Below are positions 1 through 7,505 of a DNA stretch of 10,043 bases, one piece after another. Below the pieces are notes generated by a model. It was not told the origin of the DNA. It did not search any database and saw only the letters and a list, made by a program, of their open reading frames with translations. Made by a program: the position numbers and the translations under genes. Numbering within the stretch: position 1 is the first letter of the stretch; every line of letters starts with the position of its first letter. Source of the DNA: an uncultured bacterium. GTDB lineage: Bacteria > Planctomycetota > Planctomycetia > Gemmatales > HRBIN36. The DNA is taken from the NCBI GenBank assembly GCA_937858435.1, contig CALLZJ010000072.1, forward strand, positions 1 through 10,043, written 5' to 3'.

Positions 1-653
1 AGGAGGTCAGCTTCTACGGCGAAGCCAAGTTCATGCGCATCGACGAGAAGAGCTACGGTGGCATGATCCTGGCCCGGGAGATGCTCCCGGACGGCAAGGT
101 GAGCGAAGAGAACTACGAGAAGTACCTTTTCACGGGCGCTTACCTCTACACCTTCCTGCCCCGGGAGAAGACGGTCCTCGTGCAGGGATTGGCCCCGCAG
201 GATACCGGCCAGCCGCCAGGCGCTGCCATGCCGTTCTTCTTCGGCATGAAGAAGGACGAATTACGGCGGCGGTACCAACTCGAAGTCGTCAAGATCGACG
301 AACACTACACCTACCTCGGCGTGCGCCCGCTGCTGGCCTCGTTGCAGCAGGACTTCCACTACGCCCGGCTCGTCGTTCTCAACCACGACTACGTCAAAGC
401 CAACGCCCAGGGCCAGCAGGCACTGTGGATTCCCCGGTACATGCCCAAACAGCTCTACTGGATCGAGCCGAACAAGTCGGAAGTGACGTGGGACATGGTC
501 ATGATCCTACGCAACCCGCCGGAGACGGTGGTCAAGCGGGATGACTTCGACCGCAATCGGCAGATTCCACCGGGCTGGAAGCAGCAAAACTTTGAGCAGC
601 CCAAGGCGCCTCTGCCCGGCGGTCCGGTGCCGCCTCCTCGCCGCGGACCCTAG
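1..653 (+). CDS. Hypothetical protein, probably 5'-partial (first in-frame ATG at 33). It has a Pro-rich C-terminal tail (…PKAPLPGGPVPPPRRGP). No family recognised.
   Basis: The reading frame is open from nt 3 with no upstream stop, so the gene may begin outside the window. It runs 206+ codons with strong third-position G/C bias, consistent with the other genes here, and ends at TAG 651-653. The AGGAGG at 1-6 is 26 nt upstream of ATG-33, too far to act as a Shine-Dalgarno site. The protein sequence matches no family I know. Confidence 0.6.
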   Translation, partial: EVSFYGEAKFMRIDEKSYGGMILAREMLPDGKVSEENYEKYLFTGAYLYTFLPREKTVLVQGLAPQDTGQPPGAAMPFFFGMKKDELRRRYQLEVVKIDEHYTYLGVRPLLASLQQDFHYARLVVLNHDYVKANAQGQQALWIPRYMPKQLYWIEPNKSEVTWDMVMILRNPPETVVKRDDFDRNRQIPPGWKQQNFEQPKAPLPGGPVPPPRRGP

Positions 654-659
654 GCCGGT

Positions 660-1007
660 TCAGGTAGTCGCCTTGGCCGCCTGCTTGACCAACTGCCGCA
701 GGGCAGCCTTCTTGGCATCCGCCTCCGTCGTGACCTTCACGTGACGCATCTCCTTGCCCTCGCCTGCCAGCAAATGCTGCGGATCTTCAAGTGCCGATCC
801 CCGGTAGAATCCGATCGTGATGTGGTTCTTGGAACGGTGTAAGTAGCAGAACATCTTCCCTGCCAGCGCGTAGCAAGGTCGGCCCCACTTGAACTCCTCC
901 GTCACGCCTCGCTCCGCGGCCTGGACCACCTCGCGCAGGGCCGCCAGGATCGACCGCTGCTCGGCCGGCGCGGACGTGAACCACTTCTCCACTTCGCCTG
1001 CGGCCAT
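660..1007 (-). CDS. DUF1801 (YdhG-like) domain-containing protein.
   Basis: 115 aa. The 'EEFKWGRPCYALAGKMFCYL…ITIGFYRG' block is the characteristic DUF1801 / PF08818 core (KWGxPxY … hItlgF). It is convergent with the upstream gene with only a 6-bp gap. ATG at 1007, stop TGA at 660-662. Confidence 0.8.
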   Translation of the reverse strand: MAAGEVEKWFTSAPAEQRSILAALREVVQAAERGVTEEFKWGRPCYALAGKMFCYLHRSKNHITIGFYRGSALEDPQHLLAGEGKEMRHVKVTTEADAKKAALRQLVKQAAKATT

Positions 1008-1263
1008 GCTTAGGCTCCTGGGGCCAAGACCGTCGGCAGTCGTGGCACGCTGGCCACGGCGAACGGGCGCTCTATTGGCCCAGGCTCTCTTTTACCCTCG
1101 GGCTCGCCGTGGCTCAAGGGGCGATAAGAAGTGTCAGGAAGAAGCAGAGCGCACGGCATCTGCGCTGGCCGCGAACTCGGCCCAGGCGAGGGTATCCCAT
1201 GGCGGGCGTGTGGCAACTAGGCCGGGCCAGTGGAGGTGGGAGGTAAGGTGAGAAAGTCGGAGC

Positions 1264-1545
1264 TTACTTCTTCGGCAAGTCGCCCGTCTTTTCCTTGATC
1301 AGCCGGCGGAGCTGCGACTTCTTCCGGGCCACGAGGTTGGGGTGAACCCGGCCCTTCGAAGCAGCCTGGTCGTACCGCTTTTCCGCCTCGCGGGCCGCCG
1401 ACTTGAGTTGGTCCACGTCGCCAGCCTCTGCGGCCGCGGTGACGGCCTTGGACAACTCACGCAAGTTCTGCTTGGTGTTGCGGTTCCGCATCCGACTCTT
1501 GATGTTTTGGCGGAGACGCTTCTTGGCGCTTGGAGTGTGCGGCAT
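1264..1545 (-). CDS. rpsT: 30S ribosomal protein bS20.
   Basis: 93 aa. The N-terminal 'SAKKRLRQNIKSR…', central '…AEAGD…' and C-terminal 'ASKGRVHPNLVARKKSQLRRLI' align motif-by-motif with E. coli S20 (SAKKRAIQSEK…, EAGD, AAKGLIHKNKAARHKANL). ATG at 1545, stop TAA at 1264-1266. Confidence 0.92.
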   Translation of the reverse strand: MPHTPSAKKRLRQNIKSRMRNRNTKQNLRELSKAVTAAAEAGDVDQLKSAAREAEKRYDQAASKGRVHPNLVARKKSQLRRLIKEKTGDLPKK

Positions 1546-1595
1546 GAGACCCTGACCTTCGAGGCGTGATGCTAGTTCCTACTTTGGAATCGACT

Positions 1596-1601
1596 ACTAT
1601 A
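1596..1601 (-). promoter_or_regulatory. Candidate -10 hexamer (TATAGT on the minus strand) for rpsT.
   Basis: It is the only AT-rich patch in the 100-bp rpsT upstream spacer, and TATAGT is 5/6 to TATAAT. It sits about 45-50 nt upstream of the rpsT ATG. I could not place a convincing -35 element. Confidence 0.25.
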
Positions 1602-1649
1602 CGCAACCAGGCCCCCGGCGGACAGAGGGCTACGGCCGCTGGACCTGGC

Positions 1650-3116
<1,467 letters not shown>

Positions 3117-3426
3117 TGGCGATCCCCAGGAGGAGAGGCGAGACGCGGCGTCGGCCGCGCAGTCCAGGAGGCAGGCGCGCAGCCGACCAGGAGCCGGCGA
3201 CGCGGATCACCTAGAGTTTGCCTGATCCGATCCCAAAATACAACTGGATTGGGGGCAATCGGTCGTTCTCCGGCCGCCGGGCCCGGCAGGCAGGGCCCAG
3301 AGACCTCAGGAACCGGCCAGAATCGGTCAGCAAGCAAGGCCCGTCCCAAGCAGGAAGGGGCTCGGTGGAGGCTGGACACTGAGAACCGAGGTTCCATCCC
3401 GGCCCGGACCACCGTAGAATCCCCTT

Positions 3427-4881
3427 ATGAAGGGTGGTTCGAGCTTGGGTAATGCCGTCGCGCCTCACGGGCCGCCCGTCGTGACCTTCTGGGGTGCGGC
3501 GGGCTCGGTCTCGGGTTCGATGCATCTGGCCGAGACCGCCGGCGGGCTGCTGCTCCTCGACTGCGGGCTCTCCTTCGAGCGACGGCACTTGCGGACCTTC
3601 CCGTTCCCGCCGCAGCGGCTCCGAGCGGTAGTGCTGACCCATGCCCATCTCGACCACAGCGGCAATCTGCCGAATCTGGTCCGCCAGGGCTACAACGGAC
3701 CGGTTTTCTGCACGCCGGCCACCCGGGATCTGTTGGCCGTCATGCTGGCCGACTCCGCCCGCATCCAGGAAGAAGACGCCCGCCGGGCCGCCCATCGTGA
3801 ACCCTGGGACCACGCCCTGCCTGAGCCTCTTTACTTGCTTGAAGACGTGGAGCGCACCCTCGACCAGTGCATTCCCATCGACTACGACGAGGCGTTCACC
3901 CCCGTGCCCGGCGTGGAGGCCTGGCTCAGGCCCGCGGGCCACGTGCTTGGTTCAGCCCAGGTCCACTTGCGCACGCAATGGGAAGGCCGCACCACGACCC
4001 TCACCTACACCGGCGATCTCGGTCGGTCGGTGCTGCCGCTCCATCAACCGCCCGCACTCGTACCGGCCGCGGACCTCGTGCTCTGCGAATCGACCTATGG
4101 CGGTGGGCATCACGAGCCATTGGCCGACATGCTTAGCCAACTCCGCGACCTGGTCCGCCAGACCCTCGAACGGGAGGGCAAGGTCTACATACCCGCCTTC
4201 AGCCTGGGCCGCACCCAGCTCATGGCTTGGCTACTGCTCGACATGATGCGGTCGGGCTCGATCCCGACCTGTCCGCTCCTCATCGACAGCCCGCTGGCTG
4301 CCCGGATCACCACGATCTATCGGCAGCATTTCCACGAGTTGGGAGCCGCGGTGCGGGCGGCCTGTGGCGATGAGTCCCGCCGCTTCCTCTCCGCTCCCCA
4401 CTTGCGTTTCGTGGCCGACGTGGAGGAGAGCCGCGAGTTGAACGCCTGGCCGGGGCCAGGCATCCTGGTGGCATCGAGCGGCATGGGCGACGGCGGGCGG
4501 ATCGTACACCATCTCTACCATGGCATCGAAGATCCACGAAATACGGTTATCCTGGTGAGTTTCCAGGCCCCGGGGACGCTCGGGGCGCGGCTGCTGGAGG
4601 CGGGGCCGACCGTGCGGCTCCTGGGCCGCCAAGTGAACAAGTGGGCCGACGTGGTGCAGCTTCGCGGCTTTTCAGCCCATGCGGATCAGAGCGAACTGCT
4701 GGCGAGTCTCGGCGACGTTCTGGCGGCGCCACGGCAGATCGCCTTGGTCCACGGCGAGCGAGTCCAATCGGAGGCTCTCGCGGAGGCGCTTCGAGGTGCG
4801 GGGGCAGCGCAGGTGAGCGTGGCCGGGGCGGGACAGCGCTGCGCCTGGCCGGAATCGACCGACGCTGTCCCCGCGGCTTAG
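3427..4881 (+). CDS. MBL-fold metallo-hydrolase of the beta-CASP family. It is a predicted RNA-metabolising nuclease (RNase J / CPSF-73-like architecture).
   Basis: 484 aa. Five signature motifs are present: the N-terminal 'VVTFWGAAGSVSGSMHL', the HxHxDH motif 'HAHLDHSGNLP', 'GHVLGSAQV', 'LVLCESTYGGG', and the beta-CASP 'GFSAHADQSEL' near the C-terminus. The start is ambiguous between ATG 3427 and an in-frame GTG at 3481, which would put 'VTFWGAAG' at the N-terminus as in most homologues. Confidence 0.85.
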   Translation: MKGGSSLGNAVAPHGPPVVTFWGAAGSVSGSMHLAETAGGLLLLDCGLSFERRHLRTFPFPPQRLRAVVLTHAHLDHSGNLPNLVRQGYNGPVFCTPATRDLLAVMLADSARIQEEDARRAAHREPWDHALPEPLYLLEDVERTLDQCIPIDYDEAFTPVPGVEAWLRPAGHVLGSAQVHLRTQWEGRTTTLTYTGDLGRSVLPLHQPPALVPAADLVLCESTYGGGHHEPLADMLSQLRDLVRQTLEREGKVYIPAFSLGRTQLMAWLLLDMMRSGSIPTCPLLIDSPLAARITTIYRQHFHELGAAVRAACGDESRRFLSAPHLRFVADVEESRELNAWPGPGILVASSGMGDGGRIVHHLYHGIEDPRNTVILVSFQAPGTLGARLLEAGPTVRLLGRQVNKWADVVQLRGFSAHADQSELLASLGDVLAAPRQIALVHGERVQSEALAEALRGAGAAQVSVAGAGQRCAWPESTDAVPAA

Positions 4882-4902
4882 CCGATGCCATGGAATGAAA
4901 AT

Positions 4903-4931
4903 GGCCGCGGGGCACCTTGGCGCCCGCGGCC
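4903..4931. terminator. GC-rich hairpin between the convergent MBL and slipin genes. It is a candidate bidirectional terminator.
   Basis: GGCCGCGGG (4903-4911), then an 11-nt loop, then CCCGCGGCC (4923-4931), a perfect 9-bp stem. It sits in the 70-bp gap between the stop codons at 4881 and 4952. There is no U-tract, as is common in high-GC genomes. Confidence 0.4.
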
Positions 4932-4951
4932 TGGATGACATGGTACCCGGA

Positions 4952-6058
4952 CTAGACCATCTTGACCAGCCGGTCGGTTAGCCCCTGATCGCTGACGAGA
5001 ATGCGGAGCTTCGAAGTCGCGGCGATCTTCTCCAGCGTCTCAAGCTCGCGCAGCCGCATGAGCGTCGGGTTCTCCTGCAGCATCTTGGCCGAGTTGGCCT
5101 GGCTGCGAATGGCGGCCGTCTCCTCCCGCCGGGCAATCAGGTTTGCTTCCGCTGCCTTCTTGGCCTCGGTCACCCGATTCAGCAGCTCGCGCATCTCACC
5201 CGGCAGGATGATATCGCGGATGCCGATCGCCCGCAGCTCGATGCCAAGGGCCTCCGCCCGCGGCCGCACCGCGTCCACCAGCTCCCGAGCGACGGCGTCC
5301 TTGTCCGCCAGTAGCGCGTCGAGTTCGCGGCCGCCAACGACGGCCCGGAGGGCGAGCTGCACCTCGCGGTACAGGGCCTGCCGAACGTCTTCCGCGACCG
5401 AGACGGCCCGGCGCGCGTCGACGACCTTGAAAACCGCCACCGCGTTCAGACGCAGCGTCACTTTGTCGGCCGTCATGATCTCCTGCCCGGCGACGTCTGC
5501 CGTCGTCTCGCGCAGGTCGACCGGCACGACCAGGACGGGCCGCGCGTCCCGCCAGAAAGCGTACTGGCCCGGTCCGAGGACTTCCGCGAACTCGCCTCCG
5601 ACGAAGACGACCGCCTCCCAGCCCGGCGCCACGTTGGGACGGTCGAGGTAGGAACCAGCCGAGCCCGACGCGGCGATCAGTGCCAGCTCGGGGTGCATCA
5701 GACGCACCGTGTGCGCGTCGACAATCTCATGCCGGACCTCCCGGTGGGTCGTCCACCAGGCATGCTGGCCCGGACCGAGAATCGTCTGAAACCGGCCGTC
5801 GACCCAGACCAGCGCCCGCTCATGGTCGCGCAGGTTGATGACCACGGCCTGGCCGTCCAGCGCTCCCGACCGCGCGATGAGGTCGAGCTGCGGATGGGCG
5901 AGCCAGGGCTGCCGCCGCGACACGACGTCCACGCGCTTCCGGCGCAGCGGATCGATGAACCAGTGATCGCCGGTTGGGAGCACGCCCATGAACTCGCCCC
6001 GCTGGAACCTGAGTCCCGCTTCGTACGAGTGGATGCGAACCTTCTTGATGAACAGCAT
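4952..6058 (-). CDS. Slipin-family SPFH/band-7 (stomatin/prohibitin-like) protein with an N-terminal beta-rich extension.
   Basis: 369 aa from ATG 6058 ('MLFIKKVRIHSYEAGLRFQRGEF…'). The minus-strand sequence immediately before the ATG is GGAGGGAAGGTCC, with GGAGGG positioned as the Shine-Dalgarno site. The C-terminal half '…VTLRLNAVAVFKVVD…ALYREVQLALRAVVGGRELDALLADKDAVARELVDAVRPRAEALGIELRAIGIRDIILPGEMREL…KKAAEANLIARREET…' is a canonical SPFH domain followed by a coiled-coil tail. The ORF track's 525-aa version (to 6529) adds 157 low-complexity codons that run antisense across the tRNA-like element. I treat that part as non-coding read-through. Confidence 0.85.
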   Translation of the reverse strand: MLFIKKVRIHSYEAGLRFQRGEFMGVLPTGDHWFIDPLRRKRVDVVSRRQPWLAHPQLDLIARSGALDGQAVVINLRDHERALVWVDGRFQTILGPGQHAWWTTHREVRHEIVDAHTVRLMHPELALIAASGSAGSYLDRPNVAPGWEAVVFVGGEFAEVLGPGQYAFWRDARPVLVVPVDLRETTADVAGQEIMTADKVTLRLNAVAVFKVVDARRAVSVAEDVRQALYREVQLALRAVVGGRELDALLADKDAVARELVDAVRPRAEALGIELRAIGIRDIILPGEMRELLNRVTEAKKAAEANLIARREETAAIRSQANSAKMLQENPTLMRLRELETLEKIAATSKLRILVSDQGLTDRLVKMV

Positions 6059-6349
6059 GGACCTTCCCTCCGTTCCGACGACTCGACTGAACGCCCGGAG
6101 ATTCCCCTCCGTGGCGGTGTGCACAAAGGACCGCCTGAAAACTTCCCACGGGGCAAGCCCAGCCTGGCACGCGGGGCAGCGGCTCTCGGGTCCACGACAG
6201 ACCCGCGGGCAGTCGGCCTGGTCCAGCTTCGTGACCGAAGCTGGCCGAACCTCCGCGCTCGGGTCCCGACGGACCAAGGCTGCCGCTGCCGCAGGGCGGC
6301 AGTGACTGTTGCTTACGCATGTTGACCGAGCCAAGGGCCCGGAGCAACA

Positions 6350-6366
6350 TGGCAAGCGGCTTGCCA
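6350..6366. promoter_or_regulatory. Perfect 17-bp palindrome TGGCAAGCGGCTTGCCA. It matches the sigma-54 -24/-12 consensus (TGGCACG-N4-TTGCW) on both strands. Alternatively it is a dimeric regulator operator.
   Basis: 8-1-8 dyad symmetry, read directly from the sequence. The GG and GC dinucleotides are separated by exactly 10 nt, as in RpoN promoters. The element lies between the tRNA-like element and the slipin gene, about 290 nt upstream of slipin ATG-6058 on the minus strand and about 380 nt upstream of the esterase on the plus strand. Confidence 0.35.
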
Positions 6367-6406
6367 CGGAGTCGCTTCCAGGCGGCAACAGTGATACGGC
6401 ATGCGC

Positions 6407-6478
6407 CGCATGGAGCGGGATTCGAACCCGCGACAGTCTCCTTAAGTAGGAGATGCTCTGCCCTTGAGCTATCCTTGG
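6407..6478 (-). tRNA. tRNA-like element, tRNA-Lys(CUU)-like, with non-canonical features. It may be an atypical tRNA or a pseudogene.
   Basis: The minus-strand sequence is CCAAGGA-TA-GCTC-AAGGGCA-GAGC-A-TCTCC-TACTTAA-GGAGA-CTGTC-GCGGG-TTCGAAT-CCCGC-TCCATGC-G. The D-arm (TAGCTCA…GAGCA) and T-arm (GCGGGTTCGAATCCCGC) are textbook. The anticodon stem TCTCC/GGAGA is perfect, and the loop UACUUAA gives anticodon CUU (plus-strand 6444-6446). Three features are atypical: the acceptor stem has two mismatches (C1·C72, A4·A69), position 33 is A instead of the near-universal U, and the D-loop is short. I verified each base against the antisense ORF translation in the track. Confidence 0.5.
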
Positions 6479-6744
6479 TGGACGCGCCACCTGGGAGCTA
6501 GAACCCGCGTACGGAACGCAGAGGGGCAACCTCGCCGACGGAGGTCCCGGTGCGCCGAGCGGCTGCCGCTGGTGGAGTCCGGGAGATGGACAAGAAACGC
6601 CGTCCGAGGTTCACGGTGAAAGGGCGGGCGCGGGAGCGCGGCGACCGCAACGCCCGCGGTTTGCCCTCAGTCTGACTGGCCGGCACGGAGTTGGCTCCTT
6701 ACCACATCCACCAGGGAGAAGCCGCTTCTGGCCCAGGGCCTGCG

Positions 6745-7488
6745 ATGCTCGGTGAATGGACATGGACGCCGGTGGGCCCGCACGTGGCCGATCTCTATCG
6801 TCCGGCAGGACAATCGGGGGCGCCGGTCTTCGGGCTCATCTTCCTGCACGGAGTGGGCGGCGAGAGCCTCCGTGGGCAGGAGCCGTTCACACGAGTGCTC
6901 GATGAGTTGAACTGGCCCTGCCTTTGCCCCTGGGGTGGGCAAACCTGGTGGACCGATCGCCTCTTGCCCGAGTACCACGCCGAGCAGTCCGCCGAATCCT
7001 ACCTCCTCCATGACGTGCTGGACTTCTGCCGGGAGCACTGGCGGCTGGCGCCGCCGCGTCTGGCCCTGGCCGGCATCAGCATGGGGGGACAGGGAGCGCT
7101 GCGGCTCGGATTCAAACGGCCCGAGACGTTCCCGGTCGTGGGGGGCATTGCACCCGCGATTGAATACCATCAACTTATGGACGCCGACGGCCCGCTCGAC
7201 CGCCTCTACACCAGCCCGGAACAATGCCGGCAGGACACCGTGCCCATGCACGTCCAGCCCCAGCAGTTCCCCGCGCACATTGGCTTCTGGTGCGATCCCG
7301 ACGATGCCTTATGGCACCGGGGTAACGACCGGCTGCACGAAAAGCTGGCGGCGCTAGGCGTGCCCCATGAGTGCGACCTGACGACACGGGCGGGCGGCCA
7401 CGACTGGACCTTCTTCGGAGCGATGGCCCAGCCGCTCCTGCACTTTCTCCACCGCGGCCTGGTCGAACAGAGCCGCCGCCTACTTTGA
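6745..7488 (+). CDS. Esterase-family alpha/beta hydrolase (PF00756 'putative esterase' / esterase-D-like).
   Basis: The 'GISMGG' nucleophile elbow (G-x-S-x-G) is present. The N-terminal 'FGLIFLHGVGGE' and C-terminal 'GGHDW' with the catalytic-His context are typical of esterase D / S-formylglutathione-hydrolase-like proteins. The ORF track starts at TTG 6691, and the first ATG is 6745 ('MLGEWTW…'). Stop TGA at 7486-7488. NhaA begins 17 nt downstream, so co-transcription is plausible. Confidence 0.8.
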   Translation: MLGEWTWTPVGPHVADLYRPAGQSGAPVFGLIFLHGVGGESLRGQEPFTRVLDELNWPCLCPWGGQTWWTDRLLPEYHAEQSAESYLLHDVLDFCREHWRLAPPRLALAGISMGGQGALRLGFKRPETFPVVGGIAPAIEYHQLMDADGPLDRLYTSPEQCRQDTVPMHVQPQQFPAHIGFWCDPDDALWHRGNDRLHEKLAALGVPHECDLTTRAGGHDWTFFGAMAQPLLHFLHRGLVEQSRRLL

Positions 7489-7505
7489 CTTCCGCGTGAG
7501 AGCCC

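Noticed and set aside
1008-1263. ORFs 1010..1216 (-) and 889..1251 (+) in the rpsT-DUF1801 spacer, and the small inverted repeats there (CGTGGC…GCCACG at about 1040-1058, AGCGCA…TGCGCT at about 1148-1168).
   Set aside because: The ORFs have non-coding-like composition and overlap a promoter or terminator spacer. The inverted repeats are short, 6-bp stems of the kind expected by chance in 66% GC DNA. They are possibly the rpsT terminator or the DUF1801 promoter, but are not supportable.
3211-4246. ORFs 3211..3942 (-), 3641..4246 (+), 3867..4136 (+) and 4231..4915 (several frames, both strands).
   Set aside because: They are alternative frames or the antisense of the beta-CASP gene and the promoter region. 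They are Arg/Pro-rich with no start context.
5001-5651. 216-aa ORF on the plus strand, and the 5693..6325 and 5698..6195 ORFs.
   Set aside because: They are antisense or out-of-frame relative to the SPFH gene. Their translations are S/T/R/A-rich and lack features.
6407-6478. The possibility that the tRNA-like element is the 3' tRNA-like domain of tmRNA (ssrA), or a plus-strand tRNA.
   Set aside because: The element has a complete D-arm and anticodon arm, which the tmRNA 3' domain lacks. The region where a tmRNA 5' end would lie is occupied by the esterase gene. In plus-strand orientation the T-arm-like motif would be at the 5' end, which is impossible for a tRNA.
6319-6686. ORFs 6319..6501 (+) and 6498..6686 (-).
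   Set aside because: They overlap the tRNA-like element and the palindromic regulatory region. They are short and basic, with no Shine-Dalgarno or start context.
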